Part shown: positions 44,573 through 52,983 of the stretch, piece after piece
How positions within the stretch are numbered: the stretch's first letter is position 1
Layout: the number at the start of each line of letters is the position of its first letter
DNA from: an uncultured Cytophagales bacterium
GTDB taxonomy: Bacteria > Bacteroidota > Bacteroidia > Cytophagales > Cyclobacteriaceae
Reading direction: 5' to 3'
Assembly: GCA_963835365.1 (NCBI GenBank)
Contig: CAWIFH010000013.1
Location: 73,707 to 137,706, forward strand
DNA: 64,000 bases
The notes under the pieces: generated by a model
What the model was told of the DNA's origin: nothing
The model's input: the letters and a program-made list of their open reading frames with translations, nothing else
Databases searched by the model: none
Translations under genes and position numbers: made by a program

Positions 44573-45145
44573 ATGCACCGCCCGCAGGCTAATATCCATG
44601 CCTTTCAGGAAGCTTTGTGGCAAGAATTTATTCTGCCTGCTACATGATAGTTAAGAAGGAAGGGGCGTATGCAGTTGTGCTGTTTGTTTAACAGGGGGGA
44701 AGGTGCCTTTTGCCTGCCTCGTATTAGCGCCAAGATTTGTTTTTATATTCCAGGAATACTTCTTATTCTTACCCTCCTGTAATAAGGAGAGTGATACCCA
44801 ATGTCCATGCCAGGGCCAAGGACATTAAATCTGGGAAAATATGGTTATTGAGGGGGCATGAAATAAAGGCATGGAGGTCAGCTTCTCTTCTTTCAAAAAT
44901 AACATGATTTTTTTCTTTCTGCGTCCGAACATGTAGCCGGGCCGCAGCCGTAAACCAGCTGCCGATTAGCAGAAGAAGGGGTACAAAGCAGTGTTTCCTA
45001 TAGTCAGCTCTAAATAAAAAAAATCAGTCATTGGCACGATGCATTGCTGTGCTTTTTTGGATGTGAGTAGAATCAGAAATAGCAGAAGCTGGCCTGCCAT
45101 TTCTGATTTTATGTAAGTCGCTCACTCCAAAGCGGGGGCGTTTGC

Positions 45146-46555
45146 TTATTTTATGGTAGATGAACAAGTATAAGCCGTTTTAGGGGCATCTGTTTCGGCA
45201 ATAGCTTTAAAGCCTCCGGCGATGTCGATGACCTTTTCCCAGCCACGGGATTTCAGAATAGAGGCTGCAATCATGGAGCGATAGCCCCCGGCGCAGTGCA
45301 GGTAAATGGGCTCATCTTTCGGAAAGCTGGCCAGGTGCTCGTTAATAAAATCCAGGGGAGTGTTGAGGGCGCCTTCCACATGCTCGGCCTTGTATTCACC
45401 TTCGCCGCGCACATCAAAAACGGGCAATTTGTCCTGTTTCGTGCGGCTGGCAAATTCCCCGGCGGTTATGGAGCTAATAAAATCCGTTTTTTTGCCGGCC
45501 CTTTCCCAGCATTCGATGCTGCCTTCCAGGTAGCCCAGTACCTGCTCGTAACCTATACGCGCCAGCCGGGTAACCGCCTCTTCTTCCCGGCCTGGTTCTG
45601 TAACCAACAATAGGGGCTGGCCTTCCGGTATTAAGGCGCCTACCCAGGGAGCAAACTGCCCGTCGAGACCAATATTTATTGCGTTAGGGATAAAGCCCCG
45701 GGCAAAATCCTGCGGGGGCCGGGTGTCCAGCACCAGGGCCTCATTTTCATTGGCAGTCAATTCAAAGGCTTCTGCCGATAAAGCGGCTTTTCCCCGTTTA
45801 AGAACCTTTTCAAATTGTTCATATCCTTCTTTGTTCAGGCGAACATTCATAGGGAAGTAGGCCGGTGGCCGGGTCAAACCTTCCGTTACCTCCCGGATAA
45901 ACTCAGCCTTCGTCATATCAGCCCGCAGGGCGTAATTTGTTTTTTTCTGCTCACCCATGGTTGACAGGGTTTCCTGGCTCATATTCTTGCCGCAGGCAGA
46001 GCCGGCACCGTGTCCGGGATATACCATTAGCTCGTCGGGCAGGGGCATAAGCTGTGTGCGCAGGCTCTCAAAAAGAGTACCCGCCAGCTCTTCCTGTGTC
46101 ATGCCGGCGGCTTTCTGGGCCAGGTCGGGGCGACCCACATCACCAATAAAAAGCGTATCTCCGGTAAAAAGGGCGCGTTCCGTTCCTGCTTCATCTAGTA
46201 AAAGAAAGCAGGAGGATTCCATGGTATGCCCCGGGGTATGGAGTAGCTTTATCTGGATATTGCCAAGGCTAAAGGTTTCTCCGTCTTTTGCGACGATGGC
46301 TTCAAAGGAGGGCTTTGCCGTAGGACCGTATACAATAGCGGCCCTGCTGGCTTTGGCCAGGTCTACATGGCCGGAAACAAAGTCGGCATGGAAATGGGTT
46401 TCAAATACGTATTTAATTTGAGCACCCCTTTTTTCTGCTTGGTTAAGGTAGGGCTTTATTTCGCGCAGCGGGTCAACAATGGCAGCTTCGCCTGCTGATT
46501 CGATGTAGTAGGCTCCCTGAGCCAGACATCCAGTGTAAATTTGTTCGATGTACAT
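45146..46555 (-). CDS. Persulfide dioxygenase-rhodanese fusion (MBL fold, CstB-like)
   Basis: ETHFHADF, HTPGHT, GDVGRPDL, HGAGSACGK, HCAGGYRS. Confidence 0.93.
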   Translation of the reverse strand: MYIEQIYTGCLAQGAYYIESAGEAAIVDPLREIKPYLNQAEKRGAQIKYVFETHFHADFVSGHVDLAKASRAAIVYGPTAKPSFEAIVAKDGETFSLGNIQIKLLHTPGHTMESSCFLLLDEAGTERALFTGDTLFIGDVGRPDLAQKAAGMTQEELAGTLFESLRTQLMPLPDELMVYPGHGAGSACGKNMSQETLSTMGEQKKTNYALRADMTKAEFIREVTEGLTRPPAYFPMNVRLNKEGYEQFEKVLKRGKAALSAEAFELTANENEALVLDTRPPQDFARGFIPNAINIGLDGQFAPWVGALIPEGQPLLLVTEPGREEEAVTRLARIGYEQVLGYLEGSIECWERAGKKTDFISSITAGEFASRTKQDKLPVFDVRGEGEYKAEHVEGALNTPLDFINEHLASFPKDEPIYLHCAGGYRSMIAASILKSRGWEKVIDIAGGFKAIAETDAPKTAYTCSSTIK

Positions 46556-46590
46556 GATTTTTGTGGTTTAAGGGTGGATGTTTTTTTATA

Positions 46591-46634
46591 TAAAAATCAA
46601 CTATCCGGGCGGGTTTCTCTATGACTTTTGTCAC
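46591..46634 (-). promoter_or_regulatory. Regulon B promoter
   Basis: ATGACttttGTCAC 46621-46634; GATTTTTA (minus) 46591, 30 nt. Confidence 0.7.
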
Positions 46635-46899
46635 ACAAGGCATTTGTCTACCTAACATTTTTAAAAAAACTGCCTGCCGTTATTCAGGGCAGGCAGCTTA
46701 CGCTTTATTTGTTTTTTTCTTTCGGAAAGCCATCAAACAGTTTCCACCTATATTTTCCTACTGGCTACTGTTCCATGGGCTGGAGGTGAGAACACAGCTT
46801 CGCCCGCCACCGATAAAATGGAAAAGGGAGCGGATTCATCCGCCAGGTCAACGGCCAGGTTTGCTTGTACCAGCTGGTTGTCCTACTTTCGGAGGAGGC

Positions 46900-47244
46900 T
46901 CACAACACTGTTTGATAGGGCCATCGGCTAATGCCACCGTTGAGGTTGTACACCTTGGAAAAGCCTTTATCTGCCATATAATCGCACGCCTGGCCACTTC
47001 TGGCTCCGCTGCGGCAGTAGACGAGGTAGGTTTTATCTTTATCTAATTTTTGCACCTCCTCAGCGAAGTTGCGGCCTGTTACCTCTATATTAACGGCTCC
47101 CGGAATTTTGCTCTGCCTTACCTCTGCCGGTGTCCTTACATCCAGCAGGACGGCAGCAGGGTTTTCTTCCCGCATCTTGTTAAATTCTGCGGCGGTGATA
47201 TTTTTGTATTTCATGGCCCTGTTTCGTTTCAAAAGGTTGAACAT
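46900..47244 (-). CDS. Single-domain rhodanese
   Basis: LLDVRTPAE, YCRSGARS, NLNGGISRW. Confidence 0.93.
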   Translation of the reverse strand: MFNLLKRNRAMKYKNITAAEFNKMREENPAAVLLDVRTPAEVRQSKIPGAVNIEVTGRNFAEEVQKLDKDKTYLVYCRSGARSGQACDYMADKGFSKVYNLNGGISRWPYQTVL

Positions 47245-47266
47245 TTTTTCTTCCTGTTTATGATTT

Positions 47267-48607
47267 TTATTTTTTTTTCAGCTCAGTAACGGCCTCGCTC
47301 ATATCCAGTACTTCAACAGGCAGCCTGGCTTCCAGTATACTGCTTCCTGCTGCCGAACGATATCCTCCGGCACAATGCACCACCACAGGTTTATCGGTAG
47401 GAATTTCACTGGCACGCTCTCTCAGTTCCGGTAAAGGAATGGAAGTGGCCCCTTCAAAGAATTTTTCTGCTTTGGTTTCACTGGTATTGCGGATATCCAC
47501 GAGGGTGAAATCTTGCTGGTGTTCTCTGAAATTTTCTTCGTTAAAACTTTTGCTGGTTTCCCCTCCCGGCTTGTCATACACAAATGCGCCTGCTATAAGC
47601 TTTTCATAGCCTATTTTGGCCGCTTTTTCAATTAGTAGGTGCAGCTCTTTTTCCGAGCCTGCCACCAGGTAGAATTTTTCATCGGGCCCTACAATACTTC
47701 CAAGCCAGGTTTCAAATTTAGTACCCTCCTGAATGTTGATTGCCCCCTTAATATGGCCCTGCTTAAACTGCTGCTGTGGTCGTCCGTCTACCACCACATT
47801 GCCTTGTTCGGGCACATCGTTCTTTTCCAGCCATTTTACCTCTTTTAAAGAAGGGGTATAAGCCGGGGCTCCTTTTTTATTCAGGGCCACGTCGTAGCCA
47901 AAATACTTAGGAATGAAGGGCTGGTCTTCCAGGAGCACCTCCACAAATTTATCTTCGGTCATTGGCTGGAGGGCATAATTGCCAGTTTTTTCCGCACCAA
48001 TGGAGCTGCTTTGCGCATCGCTCAGGGCTTTTCCGCAGAGAGAGCCTGAACCATGTGCGGGATACACAATGACATCATCATTGAGCTTCATGAGCTTTTC
48101 GCGGGTGCTGTGGTACATCTGGCGGGCCAGTTCCTCCCGTTTGGCAGTCAGGTTGCCGGCTTTTTCCCGCAGGTCAGGCCGGCCAACATCGCCAATGAAC
48201 AAAGTATCGCCGGTAAATACGGCTTTATCTTTTCCTCCTTCTTCTGCAACAATGCTAATGCTATCCGGAGAGTGGCCGGGGGTATTCATTGCTTTTAATT
48301 TTACTTCACCCAGCTCAATTACCTCCCCTTCATCATATGCCTGGTGGGGGTAATCGGCACCTACCATTTTGCTTACATAAATGGTGGCTCCGGTAGTTTC
48401 ATGAATCTCCAGGTGGGAGCTTACAAAATCGGCATGCGGGTGTGTTTCGATTACCCCAACAATTCTGGCATCATTTGCAAGCGCGTATTCATAGTAAGGT
48501 TTCGGATTACGTGCAGGATCTATTAGTACAATTTCTTTCTTTTCTTCGCTCAGGATGGCATAGGCGAAATGGGCCAGTCCCTTGTCTTCAAATTGTTGAA
48601 TTTTCAT
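47267..48607 (-). CDS. Second persulfide dioxygenase-rhodanese fusion
   Basis: ETHPHADF, TPGHS, GDVGRPDL, HGSGSLCGK, HCAGGYRS. Confidence 0.93.
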   Translation of the reverse strand: MKIQQFEDKGLAHFAYAILSEEKKEIVLIDPARNPKPYYEYALANDARIVGVIETHPHADFVSSHLEIHETTGATIYVSKMVGADYPHQAYDEGEVIELGEVKLKAMNTPGHSPDSISIVAEEGGKDKAVFTGDTLFIGDVGRPDLREKAGNLTAKREELARQMYHSTREKLMKLNDDVIVYPAHGSGSLCGKALSDAQSSSIGAEKTGNYALQPMTEDKFVEVLLEDQPFIPKYFGYDVALNKKGAPAYTPSLKEVKWLEKNDVPEQGNVVVDGRPQQQFKQGHIKGAINIQEGTKFETWLGSIVGPDEKFYLVAGSEKELHLLIEKAAKIGYEKLIAGAFVYDKPGGETSKSFNEENFREHQQDFTLVDIRNTSETKAEKFFEGATSIPLPELRERASEIPTDKPVVVHCAGGYRSAAGSSILEARLPVEVLDMSEAVTELKKK

Positions 48608-48659
48608 ATTTGTTTGTTTTATGTTTTAAGTAGTAATCAGTTCTTTTTTAATCTTAACA

Positions 48660-48703
48660 CAAAGGTAATAAGCAGTGTAGGCAAAGTCTGTGACTGATGT
48701 CAC
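48660..48703 (-). promoter_or_regulatory. Regulon B promoter
   Basis: GTGACtgatGTCAC 48690-48703; consensus TACCTTTG (minus) 48660, 30 nt. Confidence 0.8.
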
Positions 48704-48712
48704 AATAGGCAA

Positions 48713-49519
48713 CTATAAAACCAGCTCTTTGGTAAGAATAAACAACCCCATCAGGAGTACAAACCAGCCAAAGCCCTTTTTCAGTCTGCGGCCATCTATT
48801 TTCGTAGAAAGCCAGCTCCCAATAAAAATCCCGGCAAGTGATAACAGGCCGAAAAGAGACAGAAACCACCAGTCGATACTTCGGTTGGCCACATCACCTA
48901 AAAACCCTATGAGAGAGTTGGCAGAAATAATTAGTAAAGAAGTTCCAATGGCCAGCTTCATTGGCGTTTTTGCCAATATAACCAGTGCGGGTACTATCAA
49001 AAAACCGCCACCCGCTCCAACAATTCCAGTTACTACTCCCACCACGCTTCCCTGTAAGGCCAGCGGTAGGTAGCGAAAATCAGGTTCAGTAGCCCCACCT
49101 TCACTGCTGTCCTTCTTTTTACTCCGAATCATAGACCAGGAGGCGGCCATCATTATAAGGGCAAAAAAGGTCATAATGGCGATGTTCTTTGTTAGTACTA
49201 GCTCGCCTACACTCAGCACCGGGTTGGGGATGGCTGGTATCAGGTACTTGCGGGTAAGGAAAACAGCCAGAAAGGAAGGTATTCCATAAAAGATAGCTGC
49301 CCGGTAAGCCACCAGCCCCTTCTTCATAAAGCCAATGCTTCCGGCCATAGAGGTAGTGCCAACTACAAAAAGAGAATAAGCAGTTGCCAGCACGGGGTTA
49401 ATGCCAAAGAGATACACCATTATTGGAACTGTTAGAATTGAGCCTCCTCCGCCTGTGAGGCCTAAGGAAATTCCCACAAGGGCTGCGCCTATATATCCTA
49501 GAATTATTGAAATGTCCAT
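48713..49519 (-). CDS. TauE/SafE sulfite exporter
   Basis: GLTGGGGSILTVP and GIVGAGGGFLIVP repeats. Confidence 0.95.
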   Translation of the reverse strand: MDISIILGYIGAALVGISLGLTGGGGSILTVPIMVYLFGINPVLATAYSLFVVGTTSMAGSIGFMKKGLVAYRAAIFYGIPSFLAVFLTRKYLIPAIPNPVLSVGELVLTKNIAIMTFFALIMMAASWSMIRSKKKDSSEGGATEPDFRYLPLALQGSVVGVVTGIVGAGGGFLIVPALVILAKTPMKLAIGTSLLIISANSLIGFLGDVANRSIDWWFLSLFGLLSLAGIFIGSWLSTKIDGRRLKKGFGWFVLLMGLFILTKELVL

Positions 49520-49539
49520 ATTTAATTTTTTTATGGGGA

Positions 49540-49583
49540 CAAAAGTAAGGGGCAGAATAGGCCCTGTCAGTGACCTTTGTTAC
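49540..49583 (-). promoter_or_regulatory. Regulon B promoter of the TauE gene
   Basis: GTGACctttGTTAC 49570-49583; consensus TACTTTTG (minus) 49540, 30 nt. Confidence 0.8.
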
Positions 49584-49797
49584 ACAACCCGATTACCAGT
49601 TGAAAGTCCTGATTTTTTTTCAAGGGGGGACAGGTAGAAAGGAAAAACAGGATAAGTCCTTTTCAAAAAGGAAAGAGCTGTCGACCCTTCTTTTCTGCCT
49701 GCACAGGTGCTTTCCTGTGTAACAAATAGCACTGACTTTGAGTAGCTGTGGATTGGACTTTGAGGTGTGAAACTAAAATAACTGCAATAGCCCCAAT

Positions 49798-49839
49798 TAA
49801 TTCCCGATAGGAAGATTGTTAACTTCTTATCGGGAATTA
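49798..49839. other. 17-bp stem-loop in an ORF-free gap
   Basis: TAATTCCCGATAGGAAG / CTTCTTATCGGGAATTA, one G-U pair on +. Confidence 0.75.
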
Positions 49840-50102
49840 CTTAACAGCAAATGCATAAGCCTTTTTTTTACTGGAACTATTAAGAGGCAAAGACATTGGA
49901 ACTTGAAGCGGGAACCATGAGGGAACCGTTAGGCAGATAAGCCAATACCGGGGTTAAAACCGATAGCCTAAATCAAGGAGGAGGATAGCTAAAGAAGTGT
50001 TTATGGCCCTGTTGGGCTTTTCCAGTTGAAATAAGGAAGCTTGTTATTTTACAGGAATATTTCGCTGCACAGCTTTCAGGAGGGCCTGCCCGTTCCAGGC
50101 TT

Positions 50103-51155
50103 TTAACTGAAATGGACATTAATTTCTTCCAGGGCAGCAGTGCCGGGGCAGAGTTCTTTTTCGCCAAGCTGGTTGAGTGGCCTGCTACAGGTTTGCAGGC
50201 TGGCGTGGAGGTCCTGGCTTTCGGGCTTCAGGTAAAGCAGGCCGGTCAGAATTTCCCCGCGGGTATGGGCCAGTTGCAGGGCATTTACCACCGAAATACG
50301 GTTGCCCGGGTCCCAGTGAGGAGCCAGCTTGTGCAGCAGCAGCCTGCTGCCATCGTGCATACTTACCAGTGCATCTGTTCCTTTTTCGTAAGAAACAGTA
50401 ATTTCCTCCATCTGTGGTACAAAATCCATGGTAGCCGTAGCTTCTATATGCTCCCGTACATAATCGTAAGATTTGGTAGACCCTTTGTTGTTGTTGAACG
50501 TAACACAGGGCGATACTACATTGATGAAGGCCATGCCCTGGTGCCGGATAGCCGCCTTGAGCAAGGGCACCAGTTGCTGCTTATCGCCGCTGAAGCTCTG
50601 GGCTACAAAACTGGCCCCAAGCTCCACGGCCAGGCTTGCCAGCTCAATAGGCTCAAAGGTATTTACCACACCTGCTTTGCTGGTTGAACCGACATCGGCT
50701 GTGGCCGAATCCTGCCCCTTGGTAAGACCGTAGCAGCCGTTGTTCATGACCACATAAACCATTTTAAGGTTCCGCCGGATAACATGCACAAACTGCCCCA
50801 GTCCAATAGAGGCAGTATCACCATCGCCGGAAACACCAAAGTAAACCAGGTCCCGGTTGGCCAGGGCCGCACCTGTGGCCACGGAAGGCATGCGGCCGTG
50901 TACGGAATTAAAGCCATGAGAATTTCCAAGAAAATAAGTAGGGGTCTTGGAGGAGCAGCCAATGCCCGAAAGCTTGGCCACTTTATGAGGCTCGATGGAC
51001 AGCTCAAAGCAGGCCTGCACAATGGCAGCGCTGATGCTGTCGTGCCCGCAGCCGGCGCAAAGTGTGGAAAGGGCGCCTTCATACTCTTTTTGGGTATAGC
51101 CTAGGGTATTGCGGGGCAGTTTAGGATGCCTGAACAGGGGGCGCAGGTAGCTCAT
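50103..51155 (-). CDS. 2-oxoacid:acceptor oxidoreductase beta subunit
   Basis: LCAGCGH, SGIGCSSK, VHGR, SGDGD..MNNGCYGLTKGQ, SPCVTFN. Confidence 0.95.
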   Translation of the reverse strand: MSYLRPLFRHPKLPRNTLGYTQKEYEGALSTLCAGCGHDSISAAIVQACFELSIEPHKVAKLSGIGCSSKTPTYFLGNSHGFNSVHGRMPSVATGAALANRDLVYFGVSGDGDTASIGLGQFVHVIRRNLKMVYVVMNNGCYGLTKGQDSATADVGSTSKAGVVNTFEPIELASLAVELGASFVAQSFSGDKQQLVPLLKAAIRHQGMAFINVVSPCVTFNNNKGSTKSYDYVREHIEATATMDFVPQMEEITVSYEKGTDALVSMHDGSRLLLHKLAPHWDPGNRISVVNALQLAHTRGEILTGLLYLKPESQDLHASLQTCSRPLNQLGEKELCPGTAALEEINVHFS

Positions 51156-52983
51156 GTTGATTTGCTTGGATGTGTGACCAATAATGCTTTATCTGGCTTA
51201 CAATGGTATCGGCCGTTATGGGCATGCCATCGTAATTCAGGATTGAAATCAGCTTTTGGGGCTGCAGCTGCATTTCCAGCAGTAAAAGGGCGCGCAGCTG
51301 CGCATCGCGGTTCTGCTCTATGATAAATAGGGTCTGGTGCTCATGGATAAATTGCTCTACGGCCTTACTAAGAGGAAAGGCTTTCAGCCGGAGGGCATCG
51401 GTTTTAATTCCCTGCTGCCGCAGGAGGTCCCGGGCCTCTTCGGCCGAGTAGGTAGAGGTGCCGAAAAACAGCATGCCTAGCTCACTTTCCTTTTCCTGCT
51501 GGTACAGCTGCGGGGAGGGGACCAGCTTTTTAGCAGTTTCCCACTTCAGCAGCAGGCGGTCCATATTGCGTTTGTAAGCAGCGCCGTCTTCCGTATAGGC
51601 GGCGTACTCATCGCGGGAGGTGCCGCGGGTGAAAAAAGCTCCTTTGGTAGGGTGGGTGCCCGGATAGGTGCGGTATGGAATGCCGTCGCCGTCTACATCC
51701 AGGTAACGGCCAAAGCGGCCCATCTCTTCCAGCTCAGCTGCCTTTAGTACTTTTCCTCGCTGGTAGCCCCTGGCTTCCTCCCATTCGAAAGGTTCGCTCA
51801 GGTGGTCGTTCATGCCCAGGTCCAGGTCGGTCATAACCATTACCGGCGTTTGCAGCTGTTCGGCCAGGTCGAAGCTCAGGGCTGTCAGCTCAAAGCATTC
51901 GCTGGGCGTGGCCGGAAAAAGGAGCAGGTGTTTGGTGTCGCCATGGGAGGCATGGGCAGCCAGCAGCAGGTCCGACTGTTGGGTACGGGTGGGCATGCCG
52001 GTGCTTGGTCCGGCCCGCTGCACATCAATGAGTACGGCAGGCACCTCGGCAAAATAGGCCAGGCCTAAAAACTCCTGCATTAAGGAAAGGCCCGGTCCGC
52101 TGGTGGCGGTAAATGCGCGGGCGCCGTTCCAGTTGGCGCCAATTACCATGCCCATGGCAGCCAGTTCATCTTCGGCCTGCACAATAGCATACTTCTTTTC
52201 TCTGGTTTCAGGATCAGTTCGCCAGGCGGAGGCATAGTGGTCAAACGCTTCGGCCACGGAGGTGGAGGGGGTAATCGGGTACCAGGCCATGATGGTGGCT
52301 CCCCCCCACACCGCACCCAGGCCGCAGGCCGTGTTGCCATCTACCAGAATTCTTTTTCCAATAAGGTTGCGCCGCTCCAGGCGAAAGGGCAGGGGGTAAT
52401 CGAAATGTTCCTGCACATACTGCATGCCCATTTTCAGGGAGCGGATATTGGGGCTAATCAGGTGTTCCTTTCCCGCAAACTGTTCCTTCAGCAACTGTGC
52501 CAGCACCTCAAACTCAATCTCCAGGAGCTGTGCAAGGGCTCCTACATAAATAATGTTCTTAAACAGTTGTCGCTGTCGGGGGTCGGTAAATTCGCTGTTA
52601 CACATCTCCATGAGCGGGATGCCCAGGTAGTGCACATCGGGCCGGAGGCTGGTCTCGGGCAGGCGTTTGGTGCTATCGTAGAGAAAATAGCCGCCGGCAT
52701 TAAGCTGCTGCACATCCGTGGCCATGCTCTGGGGGTTTACACAAACCAGCAGGTCAATGCCCTCCCGCCGGCCCAGATAGCCCCTTTCGCTTACCCGCAC
52801 CTCGTACCAGGTGGGCAGGCCCTGGATGTTGGAGGGGAAAATGTTTTTGGGTGTCACCGGAATGCCCATCCGGAAAATGGCTTTGGCAAATAAAAAGTTG
52901 GCGCTGGCCGAGCCGGTGCCGTTGACGTTTGCAAAACGCACAACAAAGTCATTTACTTTAGTGAGTGGTGCTGCTCGATTCAT
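51121..52983 (-). CDS. 2-oxoacid:acceptor oxidoreductase alpha(gamma) subunit
   Basis: ANVNGTGSAS, WYPITPSTS, QAEDE, TATSGPG, QRAGPSTGMPT; ATG 52983. Confidence 0.95.
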   Translation of the reverse strand: MNRAAPLTKVNDFVVRFANVNGTGSASANFLFAKAIFRMGIPVTPKNIFPSNIQGLPTWYEVRVSERGYLGRREGIDLLVCVNPQSMATDVQQLNAGGYFLYDSTKRLPETSLRPDVHYLGIPLMEMCNSEFTDPRQRQLFKNIIYVGALAQLLEIEFEVLAQLLKEQFAGKEHLISPNIRSLKMGMQYVQEHFDYPLPFRLERRNLIGKRILVDGNTACGLGAVWGGATIMAWYPITPSTSVAEAFDHYASAWRTDPETREKKYAIVQAEDELAAMGMVIGANWNGARAFTATSGPGLSLMQEFLGLAYFAEVPAVLIDVQRAGPSTGMPTRTQQSDLLLAAHASHGDTKHLLLFPATPSECFELTALSFDLAEQLQTPVMVMTDLDLGMNDHLSEPFEWEEARGYQRGKVLKAAELEEMGRFGRYLDVDGDGIPYRTYPGTHPTKGAFFTRGTSRDEYAAYTEDGAAYKRNMDRLLLKWETAKKLVPSPQLYQQEKESELGMLFFGTSTYSAEEARDLLRQQGIKTDALRLKAFPLSKAVEQFIHEHQTLFIIEQNRDAQLRALLLLEMQLQPQKLISILNYDGMPITADTIVSQIKHYWSHIQANQHELPAPPVQAS

